In this document: positions 1 to 8,925 of the stretch, piece after piece
How positions within the stretch are numbered: position 1 is the first letter of the stretch
How the letters are laid out: every line of letters begins with the position of its first letter
Program-made: the position numbers and the translations under genes
Notes under the pieces: model-generated
Databases searched by the model: none
What the model was told of the DNA's origin: nothing
What the model saw: the letters and a program-made list of their open reading frames with translations, nothing else
Origin: an uncultured Bacilli bacterium
GTDB taxonomy: Bacteria; Bacillota_I; Bacilli_A; RF39; UBA660
DNA: 64,000 bases
NCBI GenBank assembly: GCA_934162195.1
Contig: CAKPHO010000001.1
Span: 17,281 to 81,280 of the forward strand
Direction: 5' to 3'

Positions 1-260
1 TACTCTGCATTATTTTTCTTAAAAGATAATTTAGTAGAACCCCTGCCTTGAGTATAATTGATTTCTGTTCCAAGTAAAGGACGTATAATTCTCTCTATGT
101 CTATTAAACTAGCTTGAACATAAATTTTAACATCTTTATTATCATCCGTTTCTAAATTTTTGTGTGGTATTTCAATCGTTACAATAGTTTCAGTTCGTCC
201 TTGCTGAATTTCTCCATTCCCCAATATCATTCCTATTAAATAAGCCATTTCTGTGCCCAT
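1..260 (-). CDS. hypothetical protein, N-terminal part only (runs off the window start); possible nuclease partner of the adjacent methyltransferase
   Basis: Hand translation of the reverse strand from ATG 260-258 gives MGTEMAYLIGMILGNGEIQQGRTETIVTIEIPHKNLETDDNKDVKIYVQASLIDIERIIRPLLGTEINYTQGRGSTKLSFKKNNAE..., open to position 1. The ATG lies 1 nt after the TAG stop (264-262) of the upstream methyltransferase, so the two are translationally coupled. It is absent from the ORF track because it is incomplete. Confidence 0.45.
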   Translation of the reverse strand, partial: MGTEMAYLIGMILGNGEIQQGRTETIVTIEIPHKNLETDDNKDVKIYVQASLIDIERIIRPLLGTEINYTQGRGSTKLSFKKNNAE

Positions 261-261
261 A

Positions 262-2367
262 CTAATCTCCTACTTCCTTATATATATGATCTGCTATCGC
301 CTTTGCCATTAATGGCGGAACAGCATTTCCAATTTGAGTTCTAACGTGAACCTTTGCACCTAAAAATACAAATTTATCATCAAACGATTGAATTCTAGCT
401 GCTTCTCTCGGTGTTATAGCTCTATGCAAAAATGGGTGATTATTTGTTCCATTTGATGCTGCATCAAATCTTGTATCTATAGTTGGTGACTCACTATCCC
501 ATTTTAATCTTCCCCATGTACCAGTAAATTGTTGTTTTCCTAACATTTCCTTTGGCAAATGTTCTTTACCACATTCTGGTGGAATCATTTCTAATTTTTT
601 TATTGCCACCTCTGCGTGATTAGAAGCTTTATGATTATAAAGTTTGTTACAATTTTCCCTCATAATTTTTTGATACTCACTGGTTGGTTCTGTAATATAA
701 TCTTGTTCAAACTCACCTTCGCTAGAATTCAAATATGCAAGATCATAAATTGCATCTCTTACTGTTGTTTTCTTTGCTACGGTCGATTTTGGCAAAGTAA
801 TTTTTTTATGTTTTGAACAAATAAATATAGCTCTTTGTCGAGACTGAGGAACCCCAAAATCAGATGCGGTCAAAACTCCACACTCAACATAATATCCCAT
901 TTCTTTTACTTTATTTATTATCTCTTCTTTAAACCATCCTGCTGATGTTGATAATAATGCTTTAACATTTTCTATTACAAAAACTTCAGGGTTAATTGCT
1001 TCAACAAAATTTAAATATTCTTTAAAAAGAAAATTTCTAGGATCATCCAAACCAAGTTTTTTTCCTTTTAAAGAAAAACCTTGACAAGGGGGACCGCCAA
1101 TAATCATATTAACTTTCTTTTCTTTACTCAATTTAATTACTTCTTGTTTTATTTTATCATCAGTAATATCACCCACAACGGTTGTTGTTTGAGGCATATT
1201 ATATTTAAAAGTCATTAATGCTTTTTCATCAAAATCAAGTGCAACCGCAGTTTTAAAATGTTTATTTTTTTCCATTCCATATGAAAAACCACCAGCACCA
1301 CTAAATAAATCTAATATTATAAATTCTTTAACTTTATTTTCAAGAGGTCTTCTTCTAATTAAAATTCTTTTATAAATCTCTTTTCCATTTATTATAGGTT
1401 TAAACAAGTCATATTCATTATCAGAACCATGATTTGCTTCGCCAACTATCTCAAACTGTTTACTATTGTATCTATTTATAATTGTTATAGGCACACCCAT
1501 AATCCCGTAGTAATCATACGGAATATCGTTTATCGTTCTGACATTAATTGCATCATAATTATCATATTTTGGATAATCTATTTCATTATATCTTTTTGTT
1601 AATATAATTTCTCTATGTCTTCGCTCATTATCAATATTTGTAAGCCACATAGCATTACCTAAACTTCTCCATTTTTGTCCGGTTTCATCTACCCAATATC
1701 TTGTTGTTTTTGGTTCGGACGATGCAGGAACTCTAAATTTCATTTCACCAAATTGATATCCTGTCCATACCTTATCATTTTTTATTAACGGAAATATTTC
1801 TTTGTACGTTAAAGCATTTTGATTACCCACAATTAAGAACTTTTTTTTGTGCTTCATGATAAGAGCAACAAATTCTTTAAATAATGAAAAAGGTGGATTA
1901 GTAACAACTATGTCACATTCTTTTAAATATTCCACACATTCATCACTTTGAAAATCCCCTTTTCCATTTAATTTTTTAATGCATTTTGAATTCAAAAGAA
2001 ATTTATTAATCTCATCATCTGTTATAACTCCAGCTTCTTCGCTAAATTTTATAACATCTAAAACATAACCATTTTTTTTGGACAATTTATTATTATTTTG
2101 ATCTAAAAGTCTTAATTCTGTTGATAACATTTTTGAAGAAGCAAAAGATGTACATATTAATCTTTTTAAACTTAATACATTAAAATTCCTTAAAAAAAAC
2201 TTACAAAAATTAGATTCAAATGGGTCATCACAATTACAAAGAACTATTTTATTTTTAAAACTGGATTTATAATGCGAAATTTCTTTTTCTATATCTTCAT
2301 ATCTAGTATAGAATTCATCATTTTTACACAATTTTGCTTTTTGTAAGTTTGTATTTTTATTACCCAT
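262..2367 (-). CDS. bifunctional DNA methyltransferase: N-terminal EcoRI-like N6-adenine MTase module fused to a C-terminal cytosine-C5 (Dcm-type) MTase module
   Basis: 701 aa. The N-terminal half has DEFYTRYEDIEKEI, CNCDDPFESNF and VVTNPPFSLFKEF (NPPF catalytic motif). The C-terminal half has the full ordered C5-MTase motif set: DLFSGAGGFSYG (I), GGPPCQGFS (IV), ENV (VI), QSRQR (VIII), TPREAARIQSF (IX), GNAVPP (X). The junction is near residue 345 (about nt 1335). Confidence 0.85.
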   Translation of the reverse strand: MGNKNTNLQKAKLCKNDEFYTRYEDIEKEISHYKSSFKNKIVLCNCDDPFESNFCKFFLRNFNVLSLKRLICTSFASSKMLSTELRLLDQNNNKLSKKNGYVLDVIKFSEEAGVITDDEINKFLLNSKCIKKLNGKGDFQSDECVEYLKECDIVVTNPPFSLFKEFVALIMKHKKKFLIVGNQNALTYKEIFPLIKNDKVWTGYQFGEMKFRVPASSEPKTTRYWVDETGQKWRSLGNAMWLTNIDNERRHREIILTKRYNEIDYPKYDNYDAINVRTINDIPYDYYGIMGVPITIINRYNSKQFEIVGEANHGSDNEYDLFKPIINGKEIYKRILIRRRPLENKVKEFIILDLFSGAGGFSYGMEKNKHFKTAVALDFDEKALMTFKYNMPQTTTVVGDITDDKIKQEVIKLSKEKKVNMIIGGPPCQGFSLKGKKLGLDDPRNFLFKEYLNFVEAINPEVFVIENVKALLSTSAGWFKEEIINKVKEMGYYVECGVLTASDFGVPQSRQRAIFICSKHKKITLPKSTVAKKTTVRDAIYDLAYLNSSEGEFEQDYITEPTSEYQKIMRENCNKLYNHKASNHAEVAIKKLEMIPPECGKEHLPKEMLGKQQFTGTWGRLKWDSESPTIDTRFDAASNGTNNHPFLHRAITPREAARIQSFDDKFVFLGAKVHVRTQIGNAVPPLMAKAIADHIYKEVGD

Positions 2368-2507
2368 TTTATCACCACCAATTTTAAAGTATGTCTTTTT
2401 TTAATTATACCATGAATTTCGACATTTTTTGTTTTTTGCTGCTATTTTTTTACAGAAAGTCTAATTTATAACAAAAAAATAAAAGAGATTAATCTTTTAT
2501 TCAACAT

Positions 2508-3420
2508 TTATAATTCTTTAGGACAATTAAGTTTATATTTAACATCATTAAATCCATATACCTTTTTACAATCATGACAGATAACTGCTATAAAATCAGC
2601 ACCCTTAATTCTATGTCCATCACCCTTTTGTATTAAAATATTTTTAGAATTACATTTAGGACAAAATATATCTTTTCTCATCACTTCATCTTGACTATAA
2701 GCATTCCTTATTATTTCATAACCATTTCTATCATATCTAGGATAAAATTCATCTTTATTAAATACTTTAATTCTTCCAAACATAAACTCTAATTTATCAA
2801 TTTGTTTTTCAGTATGATAATGTCCACAATACCATTTATCATAATTTATAGATTGCTCTACTTTATCTAAAAATCTTTCCATACTTTTATCTATATCAGA
2901 TTGATCGATACCTTTCATAAATAGTTCAGTAGGTTCATATTTTAATGGACAAGTATGTGGTAAAACAATATCAATATGTTGTCCTTTATATTTATTTAAA
3001 ATATTATCCATTTCTTTTTTGCTAAGTTGTTCATCTTTAAACCATGGATACCCATATATTATTCTATAATTTTTATCAACGGAATAAGCACCACCAATGA
3101 CTAATACTTTTTATTGCCTACATTATACAATTCACCATTTTTAGTAAATATTAAATTTGAATATTCTTATTCAATAAATACTTTACCACCAAACATATCA
3201 ATTTCTTTATATGTTGATATATTTTTTTTCTTTCTTCATGATTAACTTGAACACAAAATAATTTTATATTATAACTATTTAATTATTTTTTTAATTTACT
3301 ATCTCTTCCATATAAATAATGATTAATTCCAGCATCACCTAATATAATTAACATATTATTTTTTTCTATATCATTTAATCTATAAAATTCTCTATGTGTA
3401 TCTCCCATTATATAAATCAT
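2508..3420 (-). pseudogene. metallophosphoesterase (calcineurin-like / phage-type phosphatase) with C-terminal zinc ribbon, disrupted
   Basis: The N-terminal fragment reads MIYIMGDTHREF...LIILGDAGIN (motifs I/II) and ends at an in-frame TAA (3285-3283). Reading on in the same frame gives ...FCVQVNHEER (a degenerate GNHE motif) and then another stop. A different frame carries VIGGAYSVDKNYRIIYGYPWFKDEQLS and joins the 167-aa ORF, which contains WYCGHYHTEK (GHxH motif) and CPKC...CHDC. At least one nonsense mutation plus a frameshift are present. Confidence 0.7.
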
Positions 3421-3437
3421 ATTATCACCACTAAACA

Positions 3438-4874
3438 TTATCTGTGTGAAGCTGATTCTCTTTTTATACAATCCACATCTTTTATAAAAATATTGTATTT
3501 CTCAGTATATTGTGACGCTTTTTTATTTAATGCGTTAATTTTATCAATATCACTTTCTTTATTAATAAAAACCACCAAATATGCCTCTTTACACTCTTCT
3601 TGTTTTAGATAAGTATGAATTTGTTTATTTTCGTCTACACACTCTAATAATTTAGGATTACTAGAAATTTTATTTTCTATTAATACTTTATCATCACCTC
3701 TTGAAATTTTAAAATCTACTGGACCATTGCCAGCATTCGTTTCAGGAGATATATCCACATTAAAACCTGCGTCTTTTATTCTAGCATCAAAAAGTATATG
3801 AACAAACTTTGATATTTTAGGTTCTGAAATAAATCTATTACCATTTGATAGTAAGAACACATATCCTTTTTTATCAGTAATAATCATTTGAAGATATTTT
3901 ATCAATAATTCTGCGACCATTTTTACTGGCATAGTTGAGTTGTCTTTTTTTGTTTCCAAAAGAAAATTTTTATTATCTTTGTAAAATTGATTTGCCAATT
4001 CATATATATTATTTACATTTTCCTTGTCTTCAGATAAATCGTATGCTGTATATTCTTTACCATCGTTTGAGAATTTTCTCAAAACCTCGTCTCTATTATT
4101 TTCTATAATATCTTGCATTATTTTTTTCTTGTTAGCGACAATATCTGATTTCAAATTGTAATCAAAAACATCTTTAACATAATCTATATTATTATGATAA
4201 ATCCAAGTCATAAAATTATCTTCATCAAAATATAGTGTAGTTACTAAAAATTCTTTTGGAATTAATAAAACAGGAATTTCCTTACCATTTTCGTCAATAA
4301 TATATGGGATATCAGTTAGTCCATACTCCCAACGCATTTCATTGAAATTATATTCTTGCTTTAAATTAAATTTCTTAATAGGAAAATTATTTTCTTGTGC
4401 TATTCTACAACTATAAATAATAAAATCATTTTTTATAATGTTAAGTATCATATCTGTAATTCTATCTCCATTGACATTTTTATCAAATAAAGATATTTCA
4501 GCAAAATCTTCTATCCCAAATAATCCTTTTTTAGTAAATTTATTTATATTATGCAAAACAGATAGCGCTGTTTTACCAGTTAATCCACTACCAACATTAC
4601 TATCATATGAAAAACCTAAATTGGCTTCTTTGACTTCATCAAATTGAACCATATTTTCTTTTAAGTTTTTCGGTATATTTAATTCTAATTTGACTATAGC
4701 ATTTAAAAAGAAATTAATTAACTTTTTATAACTAAATTTAAACTCATTAATTGATGTGGTTTTTAATAACAAAGGATCTATAAACAATAATGTATCCCAC
4801 TCTACTTGTGGATTAAACCACTCCTCTGTTCCAATATAATTATACCCAACATATTCACTATATCTTTTTTTCAT
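3438..4874 (-). CDS. hypothetical protein with C-terminal PD-(D/E)xK nuclease-like motif
   Basis: 478-aa ORF with an RBS-like upstream sequence. The C-terminal region reads ISEPKISKFVHILFD...GPVDFKISRGDDKVLIENKISSN, which fits E...D...ExK. A GSGLTGKT string near residue 95 matches GxxxxGKT, but in atypical context. I recognise no named family. Confidence 0.55.
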   Translation of the reverse strand: MKKRYSEYVGYNYIGTEEWFNPQVEWDTLLFIDPLLLKTTSINEFKFSYKKLINFFLNAIVKLELNIPKNLKENMVQFDEVKEANLGFSYDSNVGSGLTGKTALSVLHNINKFTKKGLFGIEDFAEISLFDKNVNGDRITDMILNIIKNDFIIYSCRIAQENNFPIKKFNLKQEYNFNEMRWEYGLTDIPYIIDENGKEIPVLLIPKEFLVTTLYFDEDNFMTWIYHNNIDYVKDVFDYNLKSDIVANKKKIMQDIIENNRDEVLRKFSNDGKEYTAYDLSEDKENVNNIYELANQFYKDNKNFLLETKKDNSTMPVKMVAELLIKYLQMIITDKKGYVFLLSNGNRFISEPKISKFVHILFDARIKDAGFNVDISPETNAGNGPVDFKISRGDDKVLIENKISSNPKLLECVDENKQIHTYLKQEECKEAYLVVFINKESDIDKINALNKKASQYTEKYNIFIKDVDCIKRESASHR

Positions 4875-5003
4875 TATTACTTCACTTCCTTAATACAAAA
4901 AAATAAACAATATCCATCTTAAAAGATTAAATACTGCTTATCTTATATAATATATTATACCATATATTTCCACAATTTTTATATTTTTGCTAATATTTAA
5001 TAG

Positions 5004-5357
5004 TTAAAAATAGGTTTTTGCATTATTTTTTATACATTTTTTAAATTTTAATATCCTAATACCCAAGCAAATTATGTAATGGTAAGTAAACTCGCCACCT
5101 CCTGCATTTATGTGATTAGATATAAGTATAACATCTTTGCTATTACCATAAGCATCTAATACCCTATTAACTCTCTCTGTAGGACTTATTGTTTCATCAG
5201 TACTTCTAATTATTTTAACAGGAACGCCTAAGCTCTTGAACCTGTCATACATATAATTTGAAATTTCCAAATTCAAATCTTTTTCAATTATATTGTTTCC
5301 ACTAGAACCAGGATCATCACCACCATGACCAGCATCTATAACTATTTTATAATCCAT
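5004..5357 (-). pseudogene. N-acetylmuramoyl-L-alanine amidase (Amidase_3) remnant, 3'-truncated
   Basis: MDYKIVIDAGHGGDDPGSSGNN...LISNHINAGGGE matches the first two-thirds of an Amidase_3 catalytic domain. The last ~30 aa (FTYHYIICLGIRILKFKKCIKNNAKTYF) look like non-native read-out, and nothing coding follows. ATG at 5357 follows an AGGTGA RBS. Confidence 0.6.
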
Positions 5358-5401
5358 AATAATCACCTAAAGTATTGTATGATAAATAACTAATTAAGTG
5401 A

Positions 5402-6022
5402 TTATTCATGAATCTTTTTCATAAGTAAATTAACATCTGTTATAGTAACATTAGAATCATTCTCATCACCAAATACTCCAGCTAAAGCCTGTAAATTAGT
5501 AATATTTTCAAATCTAAAAACTATTGATTGAGAAAAATGCATCTGCTTTCCATTTGAAGCAAGTAATTCAAAAGTTAAATCTTTAATAGCAGACCCTTCA
5601 TCAGTTTGAAGATAAAATGTGCCACCATGTGTAGCATCTACACCTTTTATTAAACCAGAAAATGTAATTTCATATATACCCGGTTGAACCTCAATATCAT
5701 TATCTTCTAGCAAATTAAAGTAACTAGATGGATTAGGTATAATCCATGGATCTTGAAGTGTCATTTTACCTGTTTTTGTTGTTTCTACAAATCCTGTAGA
5801 CATTAAACCTTCATTTGCAGATGGTGTTGTTGGACCTTCTGGGCCTATATCACCTTTTTCACCTTTATCTCCCTTTTCTCCTTTTTCACCAGGTATTCCT
5901 TGAGGACCTATATCACCTTTAGGGCCTGTTGGTCCAACTGTCGTAAGACAAATACCTAAATTTAATAATTTATTTCTTAATTTTAATCTCTTTTCTAGTT
6001 CTTGATATTTTTGACAATCCAT
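5402..6022 (-). CDS. collagen-like triple-helix repeat protein with globular C-terminal domain (BclA / phage fibre-like)
   Basis: 12 uninterrupted G-X-Y triplets (GPTGPKGDIGPQGIPGEKGEKGDKGEKGDIGPEGPT) are followed by a ~130-aa beta-rich C-terminal domain. The likely start is MDCQKY at 6022, preceded by GAGGAGG. The ORF-track start at 6085 looks like an over-extension. Confidence 0.75.
   Translation of the reverse strand: MDCQKYQELEKRLKLRNKLLNLGICLTTVGPTGPKGDIGPQGIPGEKGEKGDKGEKGDIGPEGPTTPSANEGLMSTGFVETTKTGKMTLQDPWIIPNPSSYFNLLEDNDIEVQPGIYEITFSGLIKGVDATHGGTFYLQTDEGSAIKDLTFELLASNGKQMHFSQSIVFRFENITNLQALAGVFGDENDSNVTITDVNLLMKKIHE
5828..5935 (-). repeat. GXY collagen triplet repeat coding region (about 36 codons)
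   Basis: A 9-nt-periodic GGN-NNN-NNN pattern is visible on the reverse strand inside the collagen-like CDS. Confidence 0.8.
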
Positions 6023-6107
6023 AAAATACCTCCTCACCATAATATATGGTGGAAAATGCTTGTTGACTAAACATATCACTAACAAAAAAGAATAAAGTAA
6101 CCAAACT

Positions 6108-7205
6108 TTATTCTCCTACAGCCTTATTTAGCTTAACACTAATTTCTTCTATTTTTTTATTTCTATAAACTGTCATTTTTACAGTATCTCCAACAGTATA
6201 CTTATACAATATATATTTTAAATGTGCTCCATCAGAGATTTCATTATTTTCAATTTTTAAAATAACATCACCCTTTTGTAATCCAGCAGCAGATGCAGGC
6301 GTATCATTTTGAACATTAACTACTACAACACCTTTATCTATATCTTCATCAAGTAAAATGTTGTTACGATATAAAGCATAGGTATTATCAGCATCTAATG
6401 TTTCAACACCTAATATAGGTCTTACTATAGCTTCGCCTTTTTCTAATCTATCAACAGAAGTCATAACAAGCTCAATAGGTATTGCAAATCCCATACCTTC
6501 TATTGTGTCTTTTACTAATTTTAAAGAGTTAACCCCAATTACTTCGCCATTAATATTACATATTGGTCCACCACTATTACCAGGGTTTATAGCTGCATCT
6601 GTTTGCAAAACTTGCATTACATAAGCACTACCATTATCTAAGCTAACATCTACAGTTCTATCTTTTCCTGATAAAATTCCTTTTGTAACAGTTCCCATAT
6701 ATTCCGTACCTACAGGTGTTCCTACAGTAAATACAGTATCTCCAATACTTGCATTTTCACTACTACCAATTTCTGCGACTGCTAAAACAGAACTAGCATC
6801 AATAGCAAGTACCGCAACATCTTCATATTCATCACTACCAAGTACTTTTGCTTCAACTGTCTCATTATTCATATTAACAACTTTTACTGTTGTCGCCCCA
6901 CTAATAACATGATTATTAGTTATAATATAACCAGTTTTATCATCTTTTTTATAAACAAATCCAGTACCTGTTCCAGATAGTTTACTACCTTTATAAGACT
7001 CAATAACAACTACTGCATTGTATACTTTAGATACACCCGACTTAATTGTATCACTCTCTGTAACATTTACTTCTGATATCGTTTTTTCAATAGTTTGACT
7101 ATTCATAGGAAAGTAATGAAGTGTTACCACAGTTCCTATTACACCTACAAAGAAAGCAACTATTACATATATTAATGATTTTAAATTCTCTTTTGAATAT
7201 TTCAT
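6108..7205 (-). CDS. htrA: HtrA/DegP-family serine protease (S1C) with N-terminal TM anchor and C-terminal PDZ domain
   Basis: ITNNHV (catalytic His), DVAVL (Asp) and GNSGGP (Ser) appear in order. An N-terminal hydrophobic helix and a PDZ-like LQKGDVILKIEN are present. Confidence 0.85.
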   Translation of the reverse strand: MKYSKENLKSLIYVIVAFFVGVIGTVVTLHYFPMNSQTIEKTISEVNVTESDTIKSGVSKVYNAVVVIESYKGSKLSGTGTGFVYKKDDKTGYIITNNHVISGATTVKVVNMNNETVEAKVLGSDEYEDVAVLAIDASSVLAVAEIGSSENASIGDTVFTVGTPVGTEYMGTVTKGILSGKDRTVDVSLDNGSAYVMQVLQTDAAINPGNSGGPICNINGEVIGVNSLKLVKDTIEGMGFAIPIELVMTSVDRLEKGEAIVRPILGVETLDADNTYALYRNNILLDEDIDKGVVVVNVQNDTPASAAGLQKGDVILKIENNEISDGAHLKYILYKYTVGDTVKMTVYRNKKIEEISVKLNKAVGE

Positions 7206-7215
7206 ATAGTTCCTC

Positions 7216-8148
7216 CTATTCTATATTTGTTATTTCCCTCCAATTGTTAGGAAAACCTATTTTATTTAAAATTACATCAAGTGGCACCGAATCAATCTTT
7301 CCATCTAAAAGGTCGATTTCATAACCTAATTCATTTATCAATTCTTTAAATTTATCATCATCAAGCATATACTTAAAAATTATTATTAACGCAAATAAAT
7401 CATTTTTACCATATTTATATTGGTCAACATCTTTTTCAATATTTAATCTACTATGAATTATATCATCTGGAATAACTCTTTGAGTTCTATGATCATATAA
7501 AATATCCTCATGAGCACATAAATTTCTAAAATTTGCTAGAATATTTAAATAAATAGATAAAGTTTCTGCTTCCATTCCATACTCATCCGCAATTTTAAAT
7601 TGATCATCTGGTTTTAATATGTTAAATAATTCCGAAATAATACCAAAAGACAACACTTTTACTAATACCCAAAGTGGAATATAACCATAATTACTTATAT
7701 AGTGAAGAGTTGCTGTATGTTGTTTTGTATTAACTCTAATCTGTCTTTTCATTTTATTTAAAACATCTTTTACTTGTCTAATCTTCATACTATCTTGAGT
7801 AAAATTTTTAGGATTCAAATAATCTTTTTCCTTAATACCATATTTTCTAGATAATTGATAACTAATAATAGATTTAATATTATTCTCAATAATCAATATA
7901 TACTTAAACATAATATTCCTTATATTTCTATCGAATGTAAAAGTCGCATATAATTCTTCAAAAGTTGCTCCTTTAACAAATCTTCTATCTTTGTATCCTT
8001 CCATAAATAACCAACGATACCCATTTATAAAAAAGTAATTCTCTTTAAATAGTATTTCTTTAGTTTTTTCCTCATCGTTAATAATAAGTCCTTTATTACG
8101 CATGATTTCTATTTGTTCGTCTAAAGTCTTGAATATTTTACGCTCCAT
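7216..8148 (-). CDS. Abi_2 (AbiD/AbiF-like) abortive-infection family protein
   Basis: Family-typical strings: LFKENYFFINGYR, YATFTFDRNIRNIMFKYILIIENNIKS, IPLWVLVKVLSFGIISELFNIL, LANFRNLCAHEDILYD. The likely start is MERKIF at 8148. Confidence 0.8.
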   Translation of the reverse strand: MERKIFKTLDEQIEIMRNKGLIINDEEKTKEILFKENYFFINGYRWLFMEGYKDRRFVKGATFEELYATFTFDRNIRNIMFKYILIIENNIKSIISYQLSRKYGIKEKDYLNPKNFTQDSMKIRQVKDVLNKMKRQIRVNTKQHTATLHYISNYGYIPLWVLVKVLSFGIISELFNILKPDDQFKIADEYGMEAETLSIYLNILANFRNLCAHEDILYDHRTQRVIPDDIIHSRLNIEKDVDQYKYGKNDLFALIIIFKYMLDDDKFKELINELGYEIDLLDGKIDSVPLDVILNKIGFPNNWREITNIE

Positions 8149-8221
8149 ACCATCACCATTATAATTATAACACATTGCATATGAAAAAAATATGATTTTT
8201 TTGTGGTGTTTTTGTGTAAAA

Positions 8222-8914
8222 TCATATTTCTTTAAAATATTTAACTATTCCTCTAGTAATTGAATTTACTACTTTTAGTTGATAATCATTTTTTAATAAC
8301 AAATATCTATCGTTTGGATTTGTGATAAATCCAGCTTCTATCAACACTCCTGGGCGTGTTACTCTCTTATGTAAATACATTTCATTTGTTAGTTTATATT
8401 TTCTCGTTGTTTTTAAATCTTCTTTTAAAACCCTTTGCATGATTTCAGCTAGTTTAACATTTTTCTCATTTATATCATCATAAAAAACTTGTGCGCCCCT
8501 CCATGTTGTTGTTAAATCCGCATTTAAATGTATTGATAAGTATAAGTCACACATCGATTTATTTATAATATTAGCTCTTCTTGATAAATCACTACGCTTC
8601 CTATTAACTGCATTGTTAGCAGATAAATCATAATTGCCATCACGGGTTAAATAAACTATCGCCCCTTTACTTTCTAAAACAGACATAAGTTTCTTACTTA
8701 ATTCAAGATTTATATCTGCTTCGTATATATCTTTGTATAAAGCACCTGGATCAACGCCACCATGACCCGGATCTAAATAAATAACCTTGCCTAAAAGTTC
8801 TAAATCATTACCTTTAGCAAAAGTAAAAGAAAAAGTACATAAAAATAGTATAAGGACAAATAACATTGATAACTTGTATTTAACCACTGTACTCACCCTT
8901 ATAAATTTATGCAC
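8222..8914 (-). CDS. cwlD: N-acetylmuramoyl-L-alanine amidase, CwlD-type (germination-specific)
   Basis: N-terminal TM/signal segment followed by a single Amidase_3 domain (VIYLDPGHGGVDPGA, SIHLNA, LIEAGFITN), about 230 aa. Its position downstream of rplM-rpsI matches B. subtilis synteny. The start is uncertain (GTG 8914 or GTG about 8887). The stop is TGA. Confidence 0.8.
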   Translation of the reverse strand: MHKFIRVSTVVKYKLSMLFVLILFLCTFSFTFAKGNDLELLGKVIYLDPGHGGVDPGALYKDIYEADINLELSKKLMSVLESKGAIVYLTRDGNYDLSANNAVNRKRSDLSRRANIINKSMCDLYLSIHLNADLTTTWRGAQVFYDDINEKNVKLAEIMQRVLKEDLKTTRKYKLTNEMYLHKRVTRPGVLIEAGFITNPNDRYLLLKNDYQLKVVNSITRGIVKYFKEI

Positions 8915-8925
8915 CTAAAAATTAT

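Noticed and set aside
3700-3760. Calling the 478-aa protein a definite restriction endonuclease of the adjacent methyltransferase.
   Set aside because: It is separated from the MTase by a pseudogene. The MTase is instead translationally coupled to the ORF at 1-260. Only a short motif supports nuclease function, so it is kept as a hypothesis rather than an annotation.
3394-4647. Plus-strand ORFs 3394..3612 and 4438..4647, and the 616..816 ORF inside the methyltransferase.
   Set aside because: They are antisense to longer, better-supported minus-strand ORFs and have hydrophobic low-complexity translations.
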